From contig JAUCBJ010007477.1 in assembly GCA_032718475.1 (NCBI GenBank), forward strand, positions 62,001 through 126,000: DNA of 64,000 nt, given 5' to 3'. Below are positions 46,287-58,372 of this stretch, piece by piece. The DNA is from Nemertoderma westbladi (taxonomy: Eukaryota > Animalia > Xenacoelomorpha). Positions within the stretch are counted from its first letter, which is position 1; every line of letters begins with the position of its first letter. Position numbers and translations under genes: made by a program. Below the pieces are notes generated by a model. The model saw only the letters and a list, made by a program, of their open reading frames with translations, made no database searches and was not told where the DNA came from.

Positions 46287-46562
46287 TTAATTTTCGGTTG
46301 GAGGTGGCGTATGCGTTTCATCGATCATCCGTGGTGGGCACACGCACATCGGTCGTCCCCCGGCGATCGGCAAGACGATCGCCGGGCGTGCCGGGACCAA
46401 ATCATCTTTATACCACCAGTTTACCTCCGGCGAGTGCATCGCCCGCACCCTTTGTGCCCACATAACTCTGATTAGATTCATCCTGTTCAATTTTTTAAAT
46501 GTTGAAGGATGATGCACGAAGGGTTGAACAACTAACGTTGGTTTCTTACCGCCTTCAGCCAT
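46287..46562 (-). CDS. Small Pro-rich protein (C.CPPRM..ET.TPPPT family)
   Basis: C-terminus homologous to 57317-57736. Confidence 0.55.
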   Translation of the reverse strand: MAEGGKKPTLVVQPFVHHPSTFKKLNRMNLIRVMWAQRVRAMHSPEVNWWYKDDLVPARPAIVLPIAGGRPMCVCPPRMIDETHTPPPTEN

Positions 46563-47185
46563 TGAAATTGAAATTAATAAATTAAGAATAATATTATAAT
46601 TTAAATATTAAAGTGATTTTGGTATAGCTATTCCCAATGTTAATATAGTAAACTATTATAACAGAACTAGCTAATTTTGGTAAGGCTAATTATCTATGCT
46701 TCGTATCTATATATGGCTTATTTCTTTTGTGAAACCGGTCACATATGTGAGTAAATTGAACCCAGACCTTTGATTGTCGTTAGAGCGTTTAATTATTGTC
46801 TAATGCGCGTAGCGTGGATAGAGATTCTGGCCTTTGTGTTAACCACATAGGTTGGGCGGCAGATGCTTGGTATATAATGGAAAGAATTGGGCCCCCAATA
46901 TGGCTATGTCTGATTATTCCGGTTTTACTGGTGCCCACACGCTAAAGACTTCACCTCACTTGTTGCCGCGTGAAGGTTTCAGCGATTGACGATGAAAATT
47001 AAAAAAATTAAAAAAAGAATAGTGCTGCGTGAAGACCCCACCCACGTCACTTACCACGTCCCATATATTTATTAAAAATATTGCTAATACTATACACCCA
47101 AGAAATAAATATTTATTATTAATATTAATGCTAATAATATTTTCACACACCGCAATTGAATATACCCATAACCGAAATAAATAAA

Positions 47186-47625
47186 TTATTTTATTAATGA
47201 AAGTGTCCACAGTAATAACAATAAATCATTGTACCGCAAATTAGAGGTGAATATATTCATTGCTCCGGGATTTTTCGGCACCTCGGTTAGATAATACAGA
47301 CAAAATAGACCACACTGAGTCGAATGTGGCGCTTGAAACATTTTACAATTCCAAGTATGCCTTTGGGTATATTTATGCAACCAATAGGATATTTTCGGTG
47401 GTGGGGCTTTACCAAACGAATCTAAATAATAAGCAATTCTGTTAACCACGCGTACGCAAGACCAGTGTTGCCCCGGTAGGCCTATACGTTGATTATTAAT
47501 AATAAATGAATAATTTTGTTTATGCTTATTTTTTTTTACGTGTATTAGGTGTAATTGGTCGATTGCGTAAACACCGATGTATTCGGGCCCCACCGGGAAT
47601 TTCGCTAATTGTATAGATCCAACAT
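47186..47625 (-). pseudogene. Adenain-like protease, copy 2
   Basis: PGQHW, LDSFG and FQ....QCGLFC; 1-nt deletion near the start relative to copy 3. Confidence 0.9.
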
Positions 47626-47719
47626 CTCAGCGTGCGCGTATCATTAAAAGTTTAAGATAATTTTTCTAATTCCATAGGCGGTGCGGCTTCGCTTACATTG
47701 TACTATGCGAGATCTTTAT

Positions 47720-48980
47720 TTATTCGGTTATTATTTCCTTGGCTTCCGAAATAGATAGAAGAGCGTCATAGCTTGCCATTAATATAACGTTAATAGTGTT
47801 AACTAGGGCATAACTAAATTTCAGAATCAAATGCCCGCTTGTATGTATACTAGGTTGAATCTCATGGCTTTGATCGCCTCCAGCGGTAAGATCTAATACA
47901 ATCAAAGGAAATTGGGTACAAAACCGTTCTGGTGTTAGTGAGCAAAATACGCTGCTCAAGCTCTTGAACACGTTCATTAAACTTTCGAATTCTAACATAA
48001 AATTGTTTTCCGGAAAGTTAGGGCGATATGGATACCCATGTATAATACGGGAGTCGATGTTTAGTTCAGCATAATTTAAACCGAAATGGTTAAAATGTAG
48101 CGGATTACTGCTTAATTCCCCGTTGAAGCTGGCGTTGGTAAGCCTTCCAATCAAAATATACTTAGGTAATTTCCCTTGGATTATGTTCGATTCCATATAA
48201 CTGGACTGTCCGCCACCAATAGTGAAGCTTTTCACTTTTTGTTTTAACAAGTTATAAATAAAGTCATTTTTTTGTGACCCCAACAAATGCGCGCGCATAA
48301 CCTCGGCATCAATCCTGTGGCGTTTTTTTTTTTTAAATTAATATTCATGATTTCAACTCTTGGGTTTGCCAAGCTTGCGGAGGGTTCAACTTTCAAAAAA
48401 AAATTATTCGATACTCGGTCTATACGAAGTCGAATGTTAATTCCTGGCGGCAGTAATTTGTCCTGACTTGTTAGGTCTAAAAAATTTGGGGCCACAACGA
48501 ATTTAACATAATTCCCCCGAACGCCGTTCCCATTAGCGACAGGTACCCCGCCTAGATTATTATCTGTATCTTCATAACCGCCAGCTCTTAAAATACCGCT
48601 TTTTTCGTTAGCATCTGTCAACAGTAATGTCTGAAACGTAGACTTATAGGCGTAGAACCCATTCGAGGTTTCAACTAGCTTTTCATTTAGGTACAACGAA
48701 CAATTCTCAAACAGCGATCCACCCGGGTAATTGAGATGGTGGAGGGTTGTATCGTCGTTAGCCCTATCACCATCCCATGTAATTTTATATTTAATGTGAA
48801 ATTTCGAATTCTTTAAATCAGTATATAGAACATTTATTTGACTGGGGTATTAAGAACTCTATTTGCCTGGCATTCGCGTCAAGAGTAGAAATCAGGTAGA
48901 TATCCAATAAATGTGAAGATGTATATTCTTGCTGATTTGTTTTACTCGAGAATAATGATAATTCTAATTTACACATTGTT
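47720..48980 (-). pseudogene. Major capsid protein, copy 2 (frameshifted)
   Basis: ELSLF..FYAYKS..LPKYILIG..ASFNG...NPLHFNHF..DLTAGG. Confidence 0.9.
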
Positions 48981-48983
48981 AAG

Positions 48984-49505
48984 TTACATGAAAATATCAC
49001 GACATTTATTATTTAGATTTTTACGTTTGCGGGCAACGTTCATACCCACACTTGGGTGTCGCCGTTTCCCGCTCCTCTTTTTTTTTACTTTTTGGGTTTG
49101 TAAATTCACCCGTTGGGCGATTTGGCGTGTCTTTGGATGAGGTTCTAACCGCGCAGCGACTTTATTTATCAAATCATCTGATTTAATGCGTAAAATACGT
49201 TTTCCTTCCGGTATTATGTATTTCTGCGCCGCTTTTGCTGCTTTGGGGAGTGCTTTAGTTAGCACCTTTCTCCCTAACTTGCGCACTAATATACCGAGGC
49301 CAGTTGTTAATATTCCACGCCCACGCTGACGATTTTGGGCGTGTCGCTGGCTGAATTTATTATTCTTATTATTCCATACACCAGTAGAAGGGCCAAACCC
49401 GGGGAGAATGCTTCCAACCTTAAAAACGGGTATATCGCTATAATTCCCACTTCCCAGTTGGATTTGTGGGGTGCTATATAATTTAAACAAATTAGAATCT
49501 GACAT
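48984..49505 (-). CDS. Basic core protein, copy 2
   Basis: Homologous to 2580-3140; QLGS|G and QRGR|G motifs, K/R-rich. Confidence 0.7.
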   Translation of the reverse strand: MSDSNLFKLYSTPQIQLGSGNYSDIPVFKVGSILPGFGPSTGVWNNKNNKFSQRHAQNRQRGRGILTTGLGILVRKLGRKVLTKALPKAAKAAQKYIIPEGKRILRIKSDDLINKVAARLEPHPKTRQIAQRVNLQTQKVKKKRSGKRRHPSVGMNVARKRKNLNNKCRDIFM

Positions 49506-49737
49506 TATTATTATGAGTATTTATTATAACGTATAATAATAATTCTTTACTACATACGTATATGTGTAATCAACAAATAATATATGTACCACATAATAAT
49601 ACAATATAATTAATAAATATATATACATTAATTTGATGACAACCATTTCCCATAACCAACTGCGAGTTTCATAGAACAGTAATTAAAACAAGAATCTTTA
49701 TCAGAATGGTAGGCACAATTTGTTATTGCCGAATAAT

Positions 49738-50167
49738 GTATGTTTCTGTGCCAGGTATATTGGCATTTGCCATATGAAGGTTGGTGTAAGAAACTCCGCC
49801 CCTAATGGAATTTTCGAATGTTAAATACATTTCATGGTCTGCAAGTAGACGAATATGTGACTTGGAAAATCTCAAAGCCGCGTCCCAACTAACCCTCGCC
49901 ATCGTGTAATAGTTCGAAACCTCAAGCGAATAATGTTTAGTACAATAAGCATGAAAATTTTCAAAAATATCGGCTAGCAGCAACACGGCAAGATGTAAGT
50001 AAGCTTCCAAATAATCAAAAAGTGTCTCACATTCAAATTGTTCCCACGAAAGATGAGCAAATGTATATTCTTCAGGGCTAATAGATGATAATGTTAATTC
50101 GCTGTAAAACTCTTTTGGAAGCGGTAATTTAGTATGGCCCAATTTACTTAAGGAATCGACATATTCG
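49738..50167 (-). pseudogene. Duplicated fragment of pPolB lineage C lacking the foldback insertion
   Basis: Near-identical to 24270-24597 joined to 20606-20712. Confidence 0.9.
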
Positions 50168-50199
50168 AGTAGTATGGGTATAGCCTTCTTTGGCCCATT

Positions 50200-50610
50200 G
50201 TCTGCCATAGCCCATCATTGATGTCAATCATTGAATGCCTGCGTGTGTATGCCATAGCCCATCATTGATGTCAATCATCTAATGCCTGCGTATTGACGAC
50301 TATTACCTACCAATAGGAACGCAGGAATAATCACAGTTTAACCAATAGGAATGTAGGAATGTAGGAATGTGATGGCGGCAATATCCTACATTCCATTCCC
50401 GGTCATTGACCTCAACAGATTTAGCGCTTCCTTACTCGAATGCTTGCATGTGTCTGCCATACTTTATATCATAGATATCAATCATTGAATGCCTGCGTAT
50501 TGACAACTATTATCAACCAATAGGAATGCTTACAGTTAAAGAATGTAGGAATAAATCACAGTTTAACCAATAGGAATGTAGGAATATGATAGCAGTAAAA
50601 TCCTACATTG
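50200..50610. repeat. Complex short tandem repeats
   Basis: Recurrent GCCATAGCCCATCATTGATGTCAATCAT, AATGCCTGCGT and CCAATAGGAATGTAGGAAT. Confidence 0.7.
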
Positions 50611-51692
50611 AACAGTTTAATCAATTAGTAAGTCGTAGGACTTGATTACTGTAAGAATTGTTGACTGATTGATTGATTGACTGGCTGGCTGGCTGGCTGA
50701 TCTACAGCTAAAACTACTCTAACGATTTTGTAGGAATGTTTGTAGATCTCTCATTCTATCCCCAATTATTACCCTCAATTGATTTACTGATTCTTCTCAA
50801 TAGTGGGCTATGGCAGACACTGTAATTGATATGTTATTGACTTTTAATTAACTTGTAATTGATATGTTATTGACATTTTAATTAACTTATCTTTTCTGCT
50901 AGGTGAGTAGTACAGAACCTCGAGTATAATATAATATAATTTATTGAGTAATAAATTAATTCTAATTATTTTTTCGCTGAGGGGAGGATTTCGTACAGCA
51001 CAAGTGCTACGTAACTGTAATAGAATAACAATAACCCTGTTGATTAGAGCCAGTCTTTTATTACATAATAATATAATAATAATAATACAGAACTAACAAC
51101 TACTATTTGTTTTACAGTTAAACAGTTTTACAGAATCACCATCCACCAATATTTAATGCCAAATCAAATTGTCTATATGTTGTTGTAGATGGATGATGCA
51201 GTGGTTCCTTCTCGATGATGGAGTTGTTATCTTAACCTATATAATTCAACAAAGTTTAAAGTTTTACTTTGTGTCTCTGATGAAGTCTATTTTATTAAAT
51301 TATTTATATTTATACAGTATTTATATATTAAAAACGGATATGGAGAGGGAGTGTGTTATTGAAACAGTTGTCAATTATTGTTTTACTTACCTTCTGTATA
51401 TGTAATTATACTGAGTATTGTAAAACTAAAGATGTCATACTTAACTTAAATAGCCCTAGTTAGAAGGTTTACAAATGACAGTTAAAGTGTGTAAGGGCAA
51501 ACTGAAATGGATCTCTGTTTCTACAACTAGTTTACTAGCATCGCCTTCACTCATACATTTTTGGGAAACACTCATACATTTTTGGGAAAGACGGTTTTCT
51601 TATATCTAACAGAGATTAGTATAATGTACTCTCTAATATAGGCTCTCGTGCCGCGCGAAGGCCCCACGAATGTGTTTTATTTACCGTGTTAA

Positions 51693-52066
51693 TCAGTCCC
51701 ACGCTTCTTCTGGCCATTCCATTCTTTTTTCGTCTTTCTTTTCCTCTTCTTTCATTGCACCTTTTTCATAAATTGATTTACCATTTCTGTATTGACAGTA
51801 TCTCAAATGATGCTCTTGTTCCGCTTCAGCAAAGAAGTGTGAGTCAATATTTGGACATTGAATAATTTTCTGATATGGCTGATTTTTTCGACATTTTCTT
51901 ATATGTCTGACGAATCTGTCCCCATGGATCAGCTCTCGATCAACCTTATCAAGCCGGCACAGCATTCTTAAAAATGCAGCTGCAATGCAGCATGCCGATC
52001 CTAGTAGTAGTCCCCATGGATCCTATGGCAAGGGTCATATGGACAGACGATGTATTCGTTATCCAT
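51693..52066 (-). pseudogene. GTSF1/Asterix-like protein, copy 2, disrupted by a LINE insertion
   Basis: Removing the insert and one TSD gives MDNEYIVCPYDPCHRIHGDRFVRHIRKCRKN..QCPNIDSH..EHHLRYC..EWPEEAWD (93 aa). Confidence 0.88.
51931..52009 (+). mobile_element. 79-bp RTE-like LINE 3' tip with 13-bp TSD
   Basis: TSD GTCCCCATGGATC at 51918-51930 and 52010-52022. Most of the body is identical to 15134-15193. Confidence 0.92.
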
Positions 52067-52497
52067 TATATTATTATTATTAAAATGTTAACTAATTAAT
52101 TAATAAAATTAGACTGTAAAAATTAGACTAAAATTTCTAATACTGTAAATGTATCGATAAGTTGTTAACAGCAAAACTAAAAGGAACTAATATTTTAATA
52201 TACCTTTTTTGTATAAATTAATTATGCACACATCTGACGGTTGTATTCATTATAACCATAATTAACCATGAATAGTTCGTTCACCACCCCAATATAGAAG
52301 ATGGCACATTTTTCCCAAGTTAATTGCGGAAACACGCGTGAGGAGCGATGGTTGATATAGCTCGAGTAGATCTGATGCTTTAAGTTATAACTAATTAGTC
52401 ACACACACACATGTTATATGTAATTTTTGTTAAGATTTACACTGCTCGGTTGAATGAATTTATATTAACTAGCGGTGGGGCATGACTCATATATTGA

Positions 52498-53263
52498 TTG
52501 TGGGACGGTTGTAAGTATTTGGCTACCATTATGTACATTTTGGCTAGCAAACTTGACAATAATACGACTGACAATGCATTATTGAAAGACATCTGTATCC
52601 GTAATGCTATTGTAAATGTATCGCCACACCTGATTACTTTCCCCTCCGATGACAATTTTTTTTATTTCCATGTATATGGGTGTATATTTAACGACTCAAA
52701 AAGGAGTTACGGATACATTTTAGAATTAGTGCTGGACCCACTTAGCAATAAATATATTGTATTCATGGATGACCTTTGTCGAGCTATCACGGATACAGAT
52801 ATTCTAGAAAGCAATGAAGATTGCGACCTCATAATGCTTGGGTTAGAAGTCCATTCGAATGCTCAGCTGAAAAAACTGACAACATTAAATTGCGAGAAAA
52901 CGAGCATTGTTTTAAGCCAGTATGAACCCGGATACGACACGGTCCAAATAACTCTGGAACGTACCCCTTAGAACAGTTGGGCCGCTGGCAGTCTCTACGG
53001 CCATTTTAGATTGTGGGAAATATTGACCACGGGTTTGGGCTATACTACAGATGGACGGAATATATGTGGCACGGAAACAATTCCGATGTGGGCTGGGAAT
53101 GCACGGGACTTCGATGGGCAATTACCTCTAACAGGCTCGGATTGCATGGATAAAATAAAAGAATGGAGTTTAGAGGCCATTAGAGATCGTGTTTCAAATA
53201 ATATCTATGTTTTGGGTTTAAGCACCATAGACCGCATTATAAACAATATTACCATGGTTGAAT
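52498..53263 (+). pseudogene. Unknown ~260-codon gene with one in-frame stop
   Basis: ORFs 52498-52971 and 53011 onward are in frame. After MITE removal it ends MVELD*. No family recognised. Confidence 0.45.
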
Positions 53264-53976
53264 GGATATATCTTTTTACAGAACATAGCAGAACACAGTA
53301 GAACACAGCAGAACACAATAGAATACAGGCGGAACATAGGCGAACACAGCTGTAATTAAAATCTACACCAAAAAATAACACACTTTGGAAAGTACCGGAT
53401 TTAATCATACAACTGTAAGATGTCAATTACATATTTAAATTAAATGGCGGTTTTCCATATCCTCCAAAATAAATTACTTCTCATTATCCTGTAACCATGG
53501 AGAGTTGGTTAGTTCTACAGCAGTACAGTACCGGTAGCTGAGTAGGCCTACATCAGTACATTGGTAATATACTCTACACTGTGCCCGGTAATTGCCGGTA
53601 AATGCCTACATCTGTCTGTCTGTACAATGTACAGTCTGTCAGTCTGTACATGTCTCTACAGCACTAGGCCTACTGCAGTACTGGAACAGGCTGACAGGCA
53701 GACAGCTGGACTAGTAACAGGTACAGGCCTAACCGAACAGCTGATCGGGCAACTCTGATCAGGTAATTTATTTTGGAGGATATGGAAAACCGCCATTTAA
53801 TTTAAATATGTAATTGACATCTTACAGTTGTATGATTAAGTCCGGTACTTTCCCAAGTGTGTTATTTTTTGGTGTAGATTTTAATTACAGCTGTGTTCGC
53901 CTATGTTCCGCCTGTATTCTATTGTGTTCTGCTGTGTTCTACTGTGTTCTGCTGTGTTCTGTAAAAAGAACTATCC
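53264..53976. mobile_element. MULE-like MITE with ~210-bp TIRs and 9-bp TSD
   Basis: TGGTTGAAT|GGATA ... TATCC|TGGTTGAAT. Arms at 53264-53477 and 53763-53976. Confidence 0.9.
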
Positions 53977-54332
53977 TGGTTGAATTGGATTAATATCTTT
54001 GGCCTCTGGTGAAGGTGTTTTTATTTGTGCTTTATGTTAGAATTAGATTAATATCTTTGGCCTTTGGTGAATGTGGTTTTTTTTTTTTTATTTGTACTTC
54101 ATGTTTATTTATAAATATTTACTTTCAACAACTAATATAGTATAATATCCATATAAATATCATTATAAATATTTCACCAATACACCAATAACTACAACAA
54201 CAACAACAACGACAAGTTATATATGTAATTGTAATATAATTGTTAAATATATATTCCCGACCTAAAATAAATTATTTTATTAATAACAGTCCATAAACCC
54301 ATTTCAATAATAATAAATCATTATAATTTAGA

Positions 54333-55337
54333 TTATTGGAAGTGATTTTCACCGAAGTTGGGTCTATAAGGGTAGCCATGTACCACCTTCAAATCAACAT
54401 TCAATTCCCCATAGTTTAAGTTGAAATGATTGAAATTTAGCGGATTGCTACCCAATTCTCCATTAAAGCTGGCATTAGTGAGCATGCCCAACAGAATATA
54501 TTTCGGTAACCTCCCTTGAATTATACTTGAGTGAGTATAACTTGACTGCCCACCCGCTATTGTGAAGGTCTTCACATCTCGCTTCAATAAGTTATATATA
54601 AAGTCATTTTTCTGTGAACCTACAAGATGCGCTCGTGCCACTTCGTTATCGATTTTATGGCGTTTTATCTTTAGATTGATGGCCATTATTTCTACTATCG
54701 CATTTGTTAATCCGGCAGGAGGCTCAACCTTCAGGAAAAAATTATTCGACACGCGGTCCATACGAATTCGAGCAGAAATTCCAGGTGGCAGAAGTTTATC
54801 CTGAGCAGCCAAATCCATAAAGAGTGGCACAATGACGAATTTGATAAAGAGTGGCGCAATGACGAATTTGATATAATTCCCACGGATGTTGTTGTCAGTG
54901 CCAACAGGGACACCACCCTGGTTATTCTCATTATTCTCATAGCCACCAGCCCTCAAGATGACACTTTTTTCATTTGCATCTGTCAGTAGCAATGTTTGAA
55001 ATATAGACTTATAAGCATAGAACCCATTCGAGGTTTCGACAAGTTTTTCGTTTAAATATAAAGAGCAATTTTCAAAGAGTGTGCCACCAGGATAATTGAG
55101 ATGGTGGAGGATAGTATTGTCATTAGCTCTATCACCGTCCCAGGTAATTTTATATTTGATGTGGAATTTGGAATTTTTCAAATCTGTATAAAGAATGTTT
55201 GATTCGGGTACAAAAAATTCGATTTGGCACGCATTTGCGTCGAGAGTAGAAATCGGGTAAATGTCCAACCAGTGTGAAGATGTGTATTCTCTTTGATTAG
55301 CTTTACTCAAAAATAAAGATAATTCTCTTTTGCTCAT
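54333..55337 (-). pseudogene. Major capsid protein, copy 3 (C-terminally truncated)
   Basis: Close paralogue of copy 2 with an internal 27-nt duplication (IKFVIAPLF twice). Confidence 0.9.
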
Positions 55338-55360
55338 AGTTTCAGTTTTATTTTCATTTA

Positions 55361-55714
55361 TTATGCAAATACATCATTGCAATGATTATTTCGCTTTTTA
55401 CGCCTAACATTCATACCCACAGTTGGGTGTCGCCGTTTGCCCCCCTTCTTTTTTTTAGTTGCTGGCTTGTTGAATTCGTCGTATACGCGCTGGGCAATTC
55501 TACGCGTCTTAGGCCTCATACGGCCCGCCGCTTTATTCAACAAATCATCCGCTTTGCGACGCAAGAAACGTTTACCTTCGGGAATTATATATTTTCGTGC
55601 TGCTTTTGCCACTTTTGGAAGTGCTTTAGTTAGTACTTTACGTCCTAACTTACGGGCTAATAATCCAAGCCCAGTTGTAAGCATTCCTTTTCCCCGCTGT
55701 TTATTGGCTCGCCA
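55361..55714 (-). pseudogene. Basic core protein, copy 3 (5'-truncated)
   Basis: QRGK|GMLTTGLGLLARKLGRK; homologous to 48984-49505. Confidence 0.75.
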
Positions 55715-56262
55715 GTAGTATGATAAACAACTTAAATAAAACAGCGTCTGCCATAGTCTACCATGTTAAAGAATTTCCCGAATGGCTCTTGCCCCGCCTA
55801 CTTACTATGATTACCATTGTGTCACCCCACCCACTTACTATGGTTACCATTGTGCATATGTAACATATGTCACCACTGTGTATATGTGACATATGTGGTA
55901 TAAGGCCAGTCCGCAGACGGAAGTAATTTAATTAATTTGTTTCTACCAGTTGGTGTTTGACCTTGAACCGCAATAGGTAAAACCCAATATAGTAAATGTG
56001 TTGCAGACGTTTGTTATATATTCTTTAACATGATTTCGTGATTTGATGAAAAAATGGGGCGAGCCATGAAGCCTTAGCATATGGGTTAAAGTTATAGTAT
56101 TTATAATATTATTTTAATTTGATTATTCTACCTATGGGGCGAGCCATGAAGTGAGTGATAGCATCGAAGTAAGGAAGGTTATTGTATTTATAATATCATT
56201 ATTTTAATTTGATCATTTACTTAAATCCGTCACCGCTTTATTTAAAGATTTCTCCCACCACC

Positions 56263-56703
56263 TTACCCGCTTATCCCGCTATCACCATCCGCCCAATCTT
56301 CTTCCTGATCCTCAGCATCATTACCACCACCACCATCACCCAACATCTCCATCATTCCTTCCAACATATTGATTCTCTCCTCCATCGCTTTCTCCCGCGC
56401 ACATCTCTCCGCCTCCCGCACTCTCCTATCCCCCTCCGCCTCCATTTCTAATGTCCAATCTTCTCCCCACGCGCTGTTCTTCCTTGCCTCTTCCTCCAAA
56501 TAATGTTTTTTTTCTATCTCCTCCCACTCATTCCTTGGATTTAACAATCTTTCTAGCCGCGCTTCTTCTCTCTCCCTCACATACATCGCTACCAATATCT
56601 CTTCGTTCTCCTTCGCTACATCCTCATCTTCCTCCTCTTCCTCCACATCCATATCCACTTCATCCACCGCAAGCTCATTTTCTCCCAACATATTCACATT
56701 CAT
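56263..56703 (-). CDS. Acidic WGEDW-family protein, copy 4 (intact)
   Basis: 146-aa uninterrupted ORF; inverted copy of the 31095-31990 region. Confidence 0.75.
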   Translation of the reverse strand: MNVNMLGENELAVDEVDMDVEEEEEDEDVAKENEEILVAMYVREREEARLERLLNPRNEWEEIEKKHYLEEEARKNSAWGEDWTLEMEAEGDRRVREAERCAREKAMEERINMLEGMMEMLGDGGGGNDAEDQEEDWADGDSGISG

Positions 56704-57316
56704 TCATAATAATAATAATGTATAATACTATAAATAAATAAATTTATATAATATTTATTTCAATCGATAATTCATTATACCAACAAATAATTTACCACCA
56801 CAAAATAATAATAATAATAATTTAACCGTGTCCGGCTCGTTGCAGCGACACTGCCTACGAACATGGTCTATTTATATAATAAAGTTTCTACCGCTCGAGA
56901 ACGAAGCTTGTTATGTTAAAGTTCTTTTACTGGTATCGGTGGCGTGTGGTTCAGTGATTCGATAATGCAAGAGGCATTCCCTGCCTGTACACAGATGCCG
57001 AGGCGCTGGTTATTATAATAATTGTCGAAATTATTACTTACATTAATTTTCAGTAGGTGGCGGTATATATATAGGCACTATCGGTGAGTTGTCTTATCAC
57101 CGTCCGGCGCCAACATAAATTTTAATTGCTAATAACTCGGTTATACAGTGATTTGATGAAAAAATAGGATGAGCCATGAATTGAACGAAGCCTTAGAATA
57201 TGGGTACCCACGCGGCGCGGAGTGAGCAAAGCCTTTAGCGTGTGGGTACTATTGTTGAATTTTGGCAATTATTTATTGTTATTATATTAATTGTTGAAAT
57301 TAAATTATTACTTACA

Positions 57317-57750
57317 TTAATGTTGGGTGGGAGGCGGCGTTCTTGTTTCCCCCACCATTCTTGGGGGGCAGGCACAAGTCGGGCGGACTACCCCACCAAC
57401 AATTCTACATGGCTCCGCAGGGACTACCCCTTCTTGCGGCGGATCCGGGGGGAACCACGGCGATAAGCCACGACCACGCCCTCGGGGCTGCCTATTTGGA
57501 AATACCGCGGCAATAGGCCTAAGAGGCCTACCAATCGCCGGATAAAAATTGATAGGCCTATACAACGTTGCCATCGGCGTATTAGGCCTTCTAAGGGGTT
57601 CGGGTTCAATGGTACCCCCGCGACTCCCCACACCGTAAGTTTGGGGCACCCTACCGGAAACAGGTACTTGTTGGATGGCGGCTGGATGGACGGGATTGTT
57701 GTTGGTGGCAACGCTCCGAGACTGATTTATTATCACTGCCTGTAGCCATT
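57317..57750 (-). pseudogene. MATG/QQVPVSGRVPQT..CPPRM family protein
   Basis: Carries both family motifs and is preceded by the conserved cassette. Confidence 0.6.
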
Positions 57751-58372
57751 ATATGTTTTAGTTTATAATAATTTAATAATGTAACTTTATAATAATTTAA
57801 TAATGTAATTAATAATAAAGTGAATTCGGTATCGCTATTCCCGATGTTAATATAGTAAATAAACTATAACAGAACTAGCTAATTTTTTGGTAAGGCTAAT
57901 TATCTATGCTTCGTATATGGCTTATTTCTTCTTTTGTGAAACCGCCCGCATATGCGAGTAAATTGAACCCAGACCTTTGATTGTCGTTAGAGCGTTTAAT
58001 TATTGTCTAATGCGCGTAGCATGGATTGAGATTCTGGCCTTTGTGTTAACCACATAGGTTGGGCGGCAGATGCTTGTTATATAACGGAAAGAGTTGGGTC
58101 CCAATGTGCTCTATACCAATTATTATTATTCCAGTTTTACCAGCCGCCCACACGTTAAAGTTGCGGGGTTTCTGTGATTGGCGATGAAAATTAAAAACGA
58201 ATAGTGCGGCGTGAAGACCCCAACCCGCGTCACTTGTCGTGTCCCATATATTTATTAAAAATATTGCTATTACTATATACCCAAGAAATAAATATTTATT
58301 ATTAATTAATATTAACGCTAATAATATGTTCACGCACTGCAATTGAATATACCCATAACCGAAATAAATAAA

